This document shows, piece after piece, positions 55,962 to 64,000 of a DNA stretch of 64,000 nucleotides. Made by a program: the position numbers and the translations under genes. Each line of letters begins with the position of its first letter. Positions within the stretch are counted from its first letter, which is position 1. Location of the stretch: IMG/VR virus record IMGVR_UViG_3300044797_000098, positions 186,001-250,000 of that record; one strand, given 5' to 3'. The notes beneath the pieces were generated by a model. That model saw only the letters and a program-made list of their open reading frames with translations, searched no databases and was not told where the DNA came from.

Positions 55962-58113
55962 TTGCTACCTTTGCTGTCGATACGAAGTTTTCATCCTGTT
56001 CTACTACTATAACACTATTAAACTTTGTTTTTAAATCTTTATTATGAGTGATGACCAAAATCTTCATATCCTGACTTAATTTTTTGATCGCTTCCTCGAA
56101 CAACTCAACATTAATATCATCAAGGCACTGATCCACCTCATCAATTAATAACATCTGCATTTTTACCCCGAGTCGCTTCGTTAACACGGATGCAAGCCCA
56201 AGTCTTAATGACAATGCAACAATTAATTTCTGTGCTCCGCTTAATTGCTGATACTCAAAAGTATCATTGTTCATCAAAAACTCTATATCGAGTGTATCAT
56301 CGATATCACCATCAGATCGCTCTTTGGAAACCAAAAATTGCATAACAATTCCGGGATGAAGTTTTGATATAAATTGATTTGTTTCATACATAAAATCATC
56401 AAGGATCGTTTGAGTTATTAATGCCGGAATGCCTTTACTACCGAAGGCTGAAACAACTTTACTATGAACAATATATTTTTTCTCTAATATCTCTATATTT
56501 GCCTTATACTCTTTTATCTTTTCTATATCCAATGTTCTTTGTTCTATTTTGTGATTTAAAATTGCTATTTTATTAGATATTAAAACTATTTCTTTATTTA
56601 TATTTTCAGTTTCCAACATTGTTGCTTGAAGTTTATATTTCATATCTGATATTTCAGATTTTATATTATTTATTAACTGTGATTTATCTTCTGGTTTATT
56701 TAATTTCAATAACTCTAACTGTTGTTTTTTGTTATCAAAATCTATTTTTGACTTCTCTAAAAGATCATTGAACTCTATAAATACTGATTTCTTCGTTTCT
56801 ACTTCTTTTTCTTTATTTTGTAATAATTGTTTTTTATTTTCTAATTTTGCTATTATGGTTTCTAATTGTTGAAGTTCATCTTTTAAATTTTTATCTTTGT
56901 TATTTAACAATAATATATTCTCTTGTGCTGATTTAATCAAAATTGTATGTTGTTTGATTTCTTGATCAATGGCCTCTTGACAAGATTTTACCTCTATATC
57001 TGTAATTATTCTTCGACAATGTTTGCAACTTCCACCAGATGGAAGTGGTATTTTTAATTCTATTAACTTAGCATTTGATGAACTAATTAGCGCTTTTCTT
57101 TCAATAATTTCTTTTGTGATATTTTCTATATCTTGTTTTATTAAATTTTTTGATCGTAAATTAGAAAGATCTATTTTTGATATTTCTAATTTTAGATCTT
57201 TTATCTCTTTCAATGCTACTGATGCTGTATCTTTTATTAATGATATTTTTTTATCATACTCTTTAACTGAATTAGAAAGTTTATTGGTTTCATTTTCTAA
57301 AAGTTTATATTTCGATGCATACTCTAAAATATCTTTTTCTATTGCTTCTAACTCTTTAATTGATTGATTATATCGATTAGAATATGTATCGTGTGTTTCC
57401 TTTAATATTGAAAATGAATTATTTTTATTTTCAGTTAATGTAGAAAACTCCAACAATTCATTATTATATTGAATAATATCAACTTCTGGGAAACCGATTG
57501 TTGAAAGAATTGTTTTAGTTTTTTCAATTTCTTTTAGTAAATCCGATGTTCGTTTTTTTGCTGATGCTTCATATTTTGAATAAATATCTAACTGTAAAAT
57601 TGATTTAAGCATCTTCTTTCGTTCTGATGGACGAAGCGATGCTAATCCTGTCATATCTGACTGCCCAAAAAACGCTGAATTGCAAAAAGTCTTATAGTTT
57701 ATTTTTAATATTTTCTGTATTTCTTGTTCTGTCTGGGAGTTTGTTCTCGCAGTTTTGTCTATAAATTGCCCGTTTTCTTGAATGAAAAGACGAACCTCTC
57801 CTCCAAGTTTGATATGACGGGAACGAACTATACGATAGACATTATTATCGAACGATGAAACAAAATCGAATGAAACTTTGCAAGATTGTGTTTTCTTACG
57901 AATTAACTCATCGAGACTCGAATAATCTGTTTCATTAAAAAGAACAAAACGAATGGAAGAAAAAATCGTGCTTTTACCAGCAGCATTAGAACCTCGTTCG
58001 TTTCCTCGTATTTTTCCAATGATTAATGCAAGATTAAAATCATCAAAATTAATAATACTTTCTGAATGACCACAAAAATCTTGCATATGTAAAAGTAATG
58101 GTCTCATGCACAC
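55951..58113 (-). CDS. sbcC: SbcC/Rad50-like SMC ATPase
   Basis: GSNAAGKS, GQS Q-loop, CKHC zinc hook, LSGAQ, LLIDEV, ITH. Confidence 0.92.
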   Translation of the reverse strand: MCMRPLLLHMQDFCGHSESIINFDDFNLALIIGKIRGNERGSNAAGKSTIFSSIRFVLFNETDYSSLDELIRKKTQSCKVSFDFVSSFDNNVYRIVRSRHIKLGGEVRLFIQENGQFIDKTARTNSQTEQEIQKILKINYKTFCNSAFFGQSDMTGLASLRPSERKKMLKSILQLDIYSKYEASAKKRTSDLLKEIEKTKTILSTIGFPEVDIIQYNNELLEFSTLTENKNNSFSILKETHDTYSNRYNQSIKELEAIEKDILEYASKYKLLENETNKLSNSVKEYDKKISLIKDTASVALKEIKDLKLEISKIDLSNLRSKNLIKQDIENITKEIIERKALISSSNAKLIELKIPLPSGGSCKHCRRIITDIEVKSCQEAIDQEIKQHTILIKSAQENILLLNNKDKNLKDELQQLETIIAKLENKKQLLQNKEKEVETKKSVFIEFNDLLEKSKIDFDNKKQQLELLKLNKPEDKSQLINNIKSEISDMKYKLQATMLETENINKEIVLISNKIAILNHKIEQRTLDIEKIKEYKANIEILEKKYIVHSKVVSAFGSKGIPALITQTILDDFMYETNQFISKLHPGIVMQFLVSKERSDGDIDDTLDIEFLMNNDTFEYQQLSGAQKLIVALSLRLGLASVLTKRLGVKMQMLLIDEVDQCLDDINVELFEEAIKKLSQDMKILVITHNKDLKTKFNSVIVVEQDENFVSTAKVANDW

Positions 58114-59291
58114 TCTTTCACTATATTATTTGCCAACTGTATAAAATCATCTTTTATTTCTTCTTCAACATTCTCGTCCGCGTATAACTTTATAGCCATT
58201 GCTTCATTTACCGTATTATCAATACTATTGTCTAATGTATTTTTTCTAATCGTAGCAACCCGTCGCTCTTCACTTACTCTTGCTGTGTGATATACACCAA
58301 TATCATTGGTTAAATAATTTTCTATCGCAGTTCGATCAATTTTAACAACATCAGGGCTATCCAATGTTATATTAAGTTTTACGATTGATTTAGCCAAGCC
58401 GTCTTTATTATTTTCTAATTCTTTTAGCACATAAGCCGTTGCATCTATTATATTTTCTGGCACGGATATTGAAACTTGATTTAATGAACGGGTGGGTATT
58501 TTTATATATTCATATGGTGTAGATTTGCTCGGATCTATAATGGCTATTAATTTATCTTGATCGGTTTCACCAAAATTACTTATATCCAATGATCCAATAT
58601 GTGAAACATAAGGAGATCTATTTAATATCTGATGTTTATGGATATGACCAAAAAATGTATAATCATAATCTTTGAACATCTCTATCGGACAAAATAACTC
58701 ATTGATAGTATCATCAATCTCATTCAAGGCCGGTATTGAACCTTCTATTGCAAGATGCCCGATCATACATTTCATATTATTGCGATTTATTTCTGCCAAT
58801 TCGTAAGGAAGCCTACTTTGCAATATACTTATTGCTTCATCATGACTATTTGTATTAAAAGATCGTCTATCTCGGAATGGCATCAATGTAAATGAAACAT
58901 CGTCTATGTGAATAGTGTTTATGGTTTTATAGACGAAAATATTTTCTATCTCCGCTGCTGTTATTATATCCAACGAACTAAACTGTTGCTGACCGGATCT
59001 TAAAAGATCATGATTGCCAAGAATTATATGAACCGATATATTTGCATCTGAACATCTTTTTAACCACTCAATTAGCAATACAACTATTTCTGATGGTGGT
59101 TTGGGATGATCGAACACATCGCCAGTTATTATTATTGTTGATACTTCATGATCGATTGCTTGATGTAAAATCCATTCTAAAATATTAAACTGATCCACCA
59201 CTCTTGAATTTAATTGGCTTCCAATTACTGGTTTTCCAATAACTGACATTCCACCAAGATGTGGGTCTCCAACAATCATCGTTTTATTCAT
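58104..59291 (-). CDS. sbcD: SbcD/Mre11-like nuclease
   Basis: GDPHLG, GDVFD, GNHD, GHL, GHIHKHQ. Confidence 0.92.
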   Translation of the reverse strand: MNKTMIVGDPHLGGMSVIGKPVIGSQLNSRVVDQFNILEWILHQAIDHEVSTIIITGDVFDHPKPPSEIVVLLIEWLKRCSDANISVHIILGNHDLLRSGQQQFSSLDIITAAEIENIFVYKTINTIHIDDVSFTLMPFRDRRSFNTNSHDEAISILQSRLPYELAEINRNNMKCMIGHLAIEGSIPALNEIDDTINELFCPIEMFKDYDYTFFGHIHKHQILNRSPYVSHIGSLDISNFGETDQDKLIAIIDPSKSTPYEYIKIPTRSLNQVSISVPENIIDATAYVLKELENNKDGLAKSIVKLNITLDSPDVVKIDRTAIENYLTNDIGVYHTARVSEERRVATIRKNTLDNSIDNTVNEAMAIKLYADENVEEEIKDDFIQLANNIVKECA

Positions 59292-59900
59292 TTAATATTT
59301 TTCCAGTTTATTAAAAAGTTTATTTATTAATTTCTTTAAACCATCTACTTCTAATGTATGTTTAGATGTCATAGTATCATACACAAGCGTCAATTTTTCT
59401 GCGTATGCTATCGCATCATCATCATTTGAATTATCTAATATAAACGATCTTATCTTGGATGAAAACTCTAAAATTGCATTTTGTCGATCAAAAAAATCTT
59501 TTTGATTATTGATTTCTACGCTATTATCAATATAATAGTTATCTACTATTTTTCGTGCTGCCTGTTCAGCAGTTAAATTTTCCATGTGTGAAACTAATTG
59601 AACTGCACGACCTCCGCGGTGGCATCCGAAACAATTGAATGATTTTGTTTCGCTATAATAATAAAATGATGGACTACGATCATTATGCCCTGGTAATGGG
59701 CAACATATTTTAGTCAATGTGTTGCCACTATATCCGTCTATATTTACTCCATATGCTTTTAATATTGTCATTAAATCAGCAGTGTTTGCCTGCTGAATAA
59801 GCAATTTTATAGCATCGCGATCATTTGTTCCAGTATTCCAACCTTCGTTTTGTGTTGCGCTGTTGCTATCTCGTTTGGGATTATATTGTATTTTTGGCAT
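59292..59900 (-). CDS. Stand-alone CHC2 zinc-finger domain of DNA primase plus helical extension
   Basis: CCPLPGHNDRSPSF...FNCFGCHRGG. Confidence 0.85.
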   Translation of the reverse strand: MPKIQYNPKRDSNSATQNEGWNTGTNDRDAIKLLIQQANTADLMTILKAYGVNIDGYSGNTLTKICCPLPGHNDRSPSFYYYSETKSFNCFGCHRGGRAVQLVSHMENLTAEQAARKIVDNYYIDNSVEINNQKDFFDRQNAILEFSSKIRSFILDNSNDDDAIAYAEKLTLVYDTMTSKHTLEVDGLKKLINKLFNKLEKY

Positions 59901-59971
59901 AACGACACATAACTGCTATATTGATCTTTTTCTTCAATAATTAAATTGAGCAACTTTTCTTTTGTGATCAT
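59807..59971 (-). CDS. Small hypothetical protein (likely start MITKEKLL)
   Basis: ATG 7 nt after the upstream stop; overlaps the 5' part of the CHC2 ORF. Confidence 0.5.
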   Translation of the reverse strand: MITKEKLLNLIIEEKDQYSSYVSLCQKYNIIPNEIATAQHKTKVGILEQMIAML

Positions 59972-59978
59972 AGGATCA

Positions 59979-60428
59979 TTATATTGCTTTATTTGTTTTG
60001 ACTTCCGAAGCCAACACATCTAATGCTTTCTCTATTTTTTCTAATTTATACTCTATATTGTTCATATTATCACGCTGAATTAATAACATTTTCATAAGCA
60101 ACATTGCTAATGCGGTTCCACCAGCACCTTCTGGCTGGTTTTCATCGGTATTTAATTCATTTGCAAGGGCAATTAGTTTCTGTAATATCTCTAACTCAAT
60201 ATCTTTATTGATTTGTGTTTTATTGATTACAAGTCTTTTGTCCTCAATAATTGCTTTAAACTTACTACCTAAATCAAAACTTCTCTGTTTATATTCTTCT
60301 ATTTTAGAAAATACCTTTTCTGCTTGTTCATTGAACGCAGCACTGGTATCCGGTTTCGGTTTAGGAATAGTTGAGGCCTGATTATTAATCTTAAGGCCTT
60401 TCTTTTTTGGATTATTGTCCGATGACAT
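59979..60428 (-). CDS. Hypothetical coiled-coil protein
   Basis: 149-aa ORF. Confidence 0.7.
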   Translation of the reverse strand: MSSDNNPKKKGLKINNQASTIPKPKPDTSAAFNEQAEKVFSKIEEYKQRSFDLGSKFKAIIEDKRLVINKTQINKDIELEILQKLIALANELNTDENQPEGAGGTALAMLLMKMLLIQRDNMNNIEYKLEKIEKALDVLASEVKTNKAI

Positions 60429-60744
60429 GATTTCGACTAATAATGATTAGATCTTTTTGAACTTCGAGATTATATTTTGAACCATCTTTATTTGCACCAA
60501 TGGCTTCTTCTAATGCTGGAATGAATGCAGATACCTTATATCGTAGAAAACATTTTGACGGATCGAGTGGAACCGGATTACAATACTGCGAAACGAATTG
60601 ATTTGGTATTGCAAACATTAATACTTCTTTGTTTTTAATTTCATTCCAGATTTTATCGCCTTCTGTTAGAAGTGCTGTTGGCTGGGCTGCTTGTTGTGGG
60701 TGTGATTTATTTGTTGTCATTTTATTATCCTTTTTAGTTTTCAT
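60412..60744 (-). CDS. Hypothetical protein
   Basis: 110-aa ORF. Confidence 0.7.
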   Translation of the reverse strand: MKTKKDNKMTTNKSHPQQAAQPTALLTEGDKIWNEIKNKEVLMFAIPNQFVSQYCNPVPLDPSKCFLRYKVSAFIPALEEAIGANKDGSKYNLEVQKDLIIISRNHVIGQ

Positions 60745-61042
60745 TTGTCTGTATCCCTGTTAAAATTACATCTAAATCTTTTTTTAGCAAGTTTCCTATA
60801 AATCTTTGTTTTTCTCTTGCATTTTTTATTAAAATTGTTGTAGGTATTTCAGTAATCCCGAACCTTCTACCTATGTTATCAAAATAGTGAATATCAATAC
60901 ATAATATGTATATATTATTATCTAATTTAGAAACTGATGAAAATAACATATCTTTTATTGGATTACATAAATCCGATGAATAAAAACACAATAACATATC
61001 TTGTTTAATACTAAAATCTTGTTCGGAAGTAAGAAACTGCAT
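60734..61042 (-). CDS. Thioredoxin-fold protein lacking CxxC
   Basis: FYSSDLCNPIK, IDI, FGITEIPT (cis-Pro), RFIG. Confidence 0.7.
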   Translation of the reverse strand: MQFLTSEQDFSIKQDMLLCFYSSDLCNPIKDMLFSSVSKLDNNIYILCIDIHYFDNIGRRFGITEIPTTILIKNAREKQRFIGNLLKKDLDVILTGIQTNEN

Positions 61043-61248
61043 TAGTTTTTATTTTGCTCTTTATTTTGCTCTTTATTTTGTAAAAATTTAATTACCCCCT
61101 CTGATATTACCTTAATCTCTTTTACGAGATCATCGGAAGTTAATATATTTTTATTTACGAGCACACGTTCGAGCGCCGATACTCGAATTATTAAATCTGC
61201 TACAAGCAAGTCTTGTTCTTTTTGTTTATTTTCGTTGTTATCGCTCAT
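61042..61248 (-). CDS. Small hypothetical protein
   Basis: 68 aa; ALERVLVNKNILTSDD. Confidence 0.7.
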   Translation of the reverse strand: MSDNNENKQKEQDLLVADLIIRVSALERVLVNKNILTSDDLVKEIKVISEGVIKFLQNKEQNKEQNKN

Positions 61249-61257
61249 TAATTTTCC

Positions 61258-61773
61258 TTATTTTCCGCAACATTTTTTAAATTTTTTACCACTACCACAT
61301 ATACATATATCATTCGGTCTAACTTTTTTAGGTTTTTCTTTCGGTAAAATAAAATCAGGCAATAGACGGTTATTCCAATGATCAATCTCATGTTGGGCAA
61401 CAACACCCATGAGACCCGTCAGTATCATTCCATGAGGATATACTAAATTATCTGAAATATGGACTTCATTATATCTGATCGTATCACCTACTAAATTAGG
61501 ATATGAAAGACATCCTTCTCCGATGAACTTAAATTGATCATATTTATTCTGTATTTTACAATTTACTAAATTGACTTTATGATTATTATCTATACGAATA
61601 ATAGCAACATTTTTATATATTCCGCATTGTATTGCGGATAGCCCTACACCCGGACGACCCATACGCCCAGAATACTCCAATTCACGTTCCAACTGCTCTA
61701 CAATGGCTCCTACTTCATTTTCAGGAACATCGGTGCAAGGCGTGCGTAAAACTGCTTCGTCTGTTATTATCAT
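61258..61773 (-). CDS. def: Peptide deformylase with C-terminal SEC-C zinc motif
   Basis: GVGLSAIQ, EGCLS, QHEIDH; tail RPNDICICGSGKKFKKCC. Confidence 0.93.
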   Translation of the reverse strand: MIITDEAVLRTPCTDVPENEVGAIVEQLERELEYSGRMGRPGVGLSAIQCGIYKNVAIIRIDNNHKVNLVNCKIQNKYDQFKFIGEGCLSYPNLVGDTIRYNEVHISDNLVYPHGMILTGLMGVVAQHEIDHWNNRLLPDFILPKEKPKKVRPNDICICGSGKKFKKCCGK

Positions 61774-61826
61774 CTTACAACTAATTTAGTTATTACCTTT
61801 AATTTACGCAACCAACGAAAAATCAT

Positions 61827-62048
61827 TTATTTTCCGCCACCACAAGCACGGCAACCTTTTTTATACACATACTTATTATTAGCGTCCATAGGAAACGATA
61901 TACGCTTTAAACATATTGAACACATATTTTGTTCTTTTGAACAATTATCACATATACAAGAAAGATTATTAAGTATCTTACCTTGACAACGAAGACAAGT
62001 TCTCTGTGTTGCTAATACGGCGAGTTTGGAACATGATGGACAAAACAT
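61827..62048 (-). CDS. Cys-rich zinc-binding protein with CRIPT-like cysteine spacing
   Basis: Five CxxC pairs; core C-x2-C-x11-C-x2-C-x6-C-x2-C. Confidence 0.7.
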   Translation of the reverse strand: MFCPSCSKLAVLATQRTCLRCQGKILNNLSCICDNCSKEQNMCSICLKRISFPMDANNKYVYKKGCRACGGGK

Positions 62049-62062
62049 ATTATGACCTATAT

Positions 62063-62102
62063 AAAAAAAATAGGACGCAACATTTTACTATTGCGTCCTA
62101 TT
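62063..62102 (-). terminator. Strong intrinsic terminator after the 27-aa peptide gene
   Basis: 12-bp stem aataggacgcaa/ttgcgtcctatt followed by a T tract on the minus strand. Confidence 0.88.
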
Positions 62103-62117
62103 CACGTTATCGAGCAA

Positions 62118-62201
62118 TTACTTGCTTGATTTTTTTCCCTTTTTAGGGCTGCTTTTTGACTTTGTCTTTGTAGACTTTGTCGATTTACTTTTCTTTGCCA
62201 T
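62118..62201 (-). CDS. 27-aa Lys/Ser-rich peptide MAKKSKSTKSTKTKSKSSPKKGKKSSK (not in the ORF track)
   Basis: AAGGAGGTGATC immediately before the ATG; terminator 16 nt after the stop. Confidence 0.82.
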   Translation of the reverse strand: MAKKSKSTKSTKTKSKSSPKKGKKSSK

Positions 62202-62285
62202 GATCACCTCCTTCATGAGGGCTGTTATTAGCCATCAATTATACATTGATGGCATATTATTGGTTTATTAAGTTAAGTTTTTTCT

Positions 62286-62795
62286 TTATTTTGTAATATA
62301 TTTACTCCAAGTTTCATGCCAGCCATCTTCTACGGACATGTAATGCATATGCTCATTTGGTATGAATGGCTGTTTAATTAATTTCATTCCTGACTCTTCT
62401 AATGTTTTATTACTTTTCTTAGAATTACATTTTTTACAAGCAACAACACAATTTTCGAATGTTGATTGACCGCCTAATGCCTTTGGTAAAACATGATCTA
62501 TTGTCGCCTGTGTTGATTTTAAGGCTTTTCCACAATATTGACAATTATATTTATCTCTTTTTAATACATTAAGTCTCGAAAAAACTATTTTTTTAGAAAA
62601 CTTACGATACACATAATATTTTAATTTTATTACTGCCGGTAAGTGCATTACACCACTGCTAACAAAAAACTTGATATTATCCCATACTGATATAACATCC
62701 GCCTTACCTTTATATACTAATCTTAATGCTTTCTTTTCCTTTATGAAAGCAATAATTTCATCTGTATAATTTAGTAAAAGAGTTTTATTATGCAT
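62286..62795 (-). CDS. HNH endonuclease (McrA-like)
   Basis: RDKYNCQYCG, TIDHVLPKALGG, NCVVACKKCNSKK. Confidence 0.9.
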   Translation of the reverse strand: MHNKTLLLNYTDEIIAFIKEKKALRLVYKGKADVISVWDNIKFFVSSGVMHLPAVIKLKYYVYRKFSKKIVFSRLNVLKRDKYNCQYCGKALKSTQATIDHVLPKALGGQSTFENCVVACKKCNSKKSNKTLEESGMKLIKQPFIPNEHMHYMSVEDGWHETWSKYITK

Positions 62796-63438
62796 TGATT
62801 AATTTTTCTAATGATACTTTTACATCTTCATGCATTGTTGCAGGTGCTTCATTTCCAATACATACCCAATCTTTTCGTTGCCTACGGGCGAACATTTCCA
62901 GTTTATTTCCTTTAAACATTAAATCGAGTGAATCTTGTAAATGTTCTGGCTTGGCTGAATGTTTTAGATTTTGTCCGAATGAAACCGAACGCTGGGAACG
63001 GTTTTCTAATTGTTTATATATTTCCGTATTATTTATTCCAATAAGACATATCTCGTGTGATTGTCTAAATAATCTACCCATACCGAATGACAATAGATTT
63101 TCCATTATATATTTTACTTTATCGCGGAACCCTGCAACATTTAATAATTCATATATTGAGGTCTCTTTTTTTGATTTACACCATACATATGTTTGCTTTT
63201 GCTTAAATCCCCATGCATTCATAACGTCCATACCATCTTGTAAAATTGATGACGGAACCCATAATGCGAGAATACATCCGTTTGGATCAGCAATTTGACT
63301 AACTGGAAGATTACATATACTATTAGTTTTCATGGTGCCATTGTAATTTGCCTCGGCGCCACGTTTAACGTCTGACATTTTTAATTTATCTTTGAACGCA
63401 CCCCACGGCGGGTCTGAAACTATAACTTGAAACTTCAT
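62788..63438 (-). CDS. MT-A70 family N6-adenine methyltransferase
   Basis: IVSDPPW, LALWV, AWGF, VWCK, EICLIG, HSAKP, LEMFAR. Confidence 0.9.
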   Translation of the reverse strand: MKFQVIVSDPPWGAFKDKLKMSDVKRGAEANYNGTMKTNSICNLPVSQIADPNGCILALWVPSSILQDGMDVMNAWGFKQKQTYVWCKSKKETSIYELLNVAGFRDKVKYIMENLLSFGMGRLFRQSHEICLIGINNTEIYKQLENRSQRSVSFGQNLKHSAKPEHLQDSLDLMFKGNKLEMFARRQRKDWVCIGNEAPATMHEDVKVSLEKLINA

Positions 63439-63439
63439 A

Positions 63440-63972
63440 TTAATTATGGCTCACTTTTTCTTTATATACACATACTGCTGATGGGTTAAATATCCCAACA
63501 CCATACTGATTTTTATTATTTTTACATATAATTCCAAAAGACTGACCATTCGGCAAAATTATAGCGCAATCATCTAAATATTTAGAATTAAATATATTTT
63601 TATATTCATTGCCTAATAAAGCATAACCATTAATTCTATTGCTAATTTTCCCATTTTCTGGAATTATAGCACTTTCAATTCTAATAAGGTTCTATCTTTC
63701 ATAAATTGACGCAAAACACTATAATCGTCAATTTCTGATGGCATAATTTTAGATGCAAAAATTAATATATCAATTATTGATTTTTCAATAACATCACTAC
63801 TTATACTGTTATCAATAACATATGGTATAATCATCTTACCTTGACTAATTTCTGGTTCTAATTTATTGTTCAAAACAATATAACGAACACTTTCATGTGT
63901 ATCATATACTGGCTGCATACCACCTAAATTTTCAAACAAAAAACATTTACTTAAATTACAATTTTCTATCAT
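63440..63972 (-). CDS. Hypothetical protein, apparently frameshifted near 63690
   Basis: ORF 63664..63972 plus an 83-codon open frame without its own start (63691 down to the stop at 63440-63442) ending 1 nt before the methylase ATG. Confidence 0.55.
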
Positions 63973-64000
63973 TTTCCTAATATCTCATTTATTCTATCAA

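Noticed and set aside
1423-63298. The many plus-strand ORFs in the track (e.g. 2344..2715, 3212..3694, 19518..19979, 62795..63298)
   Set aside because: All lie antisense to well-supported minus-strand genes, lack SDs and motifs, and have shadow-frame composition
1-64000. Stop-codon reassignment (TAG or TGA recoding), as in some large phages
   Set aside because: Long conserved genes (dnaE, terminase, sbcC, recA) are intact in the standard code; the three breaks found are frame changes, not in-frame stops
1-64000. tRNA or rRNA genes
   Set aside because: Intergenic gaps are short and none showed a cloverleaf with a GTTCRA T-loop on inspection; a tRNAscan-SE run would be needed to exclude them formally

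Overview
AT-rich 64-kb segment of a large (jumbo-type) tailed phage genome. Essentially all genuine genes are on the minus strand, tightly packed, and read with the standard code. Positions ~1-34.7 kb are a head-morphogenesis cluster: HK97-type major capsid protein, two paralogous decoration-like proteins, a 1237-aa prohead protease-scaffold fusion, portal, large terminase, a probable small terminase and ~20 unknown proteins. Three enzymes are interleaved in this cluster: a class II tRNA nucleotidyltransferase with a non-canonical specificity motif, a tyrosine/dual-specificity phosphatase and a lytic transglycosylase. Positions ~34.7-64 kb hold replication, recombination and host-takeover genes: sigma-r4 HTH, split DnaG primase, DnaJ, RuvC-like resolvase, gp32-like SSB, RecA, DnaE with a degenerate PHP domain, trigger factor, Cas4-like nuclease, dNMP kinase, SbcCD, peptide deformylase-SEC-C, HNH and an MT-A70 methylase. 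Several free-standing homing-type endonucleases are present. The best candidate for an undescribed system is a head-cargo loading and maturation code: many unrelated proteins of the head cluster share a helical-hairpin motif (A-x-x-[LFM]-[DE]-x-x-G-x(4-7)-A) and K-x-A sites at domain borders next to the giant protease-scaffold. Other highlights are an unannotated 27-aa Lys/Ser peptide with a perfect Shine-Dalgarno and its own terminator, a CRIPT-like zinc-knot protein, a nascent-chain processing kit (PDF-SEC-C, trigger factor, DnaJ), a recurring AATA-N6-YATA upstream motif, and three single-base frameshifts that may be programmed or assembly errors. All family assignments come from motif recognition by eye; no database search was run.
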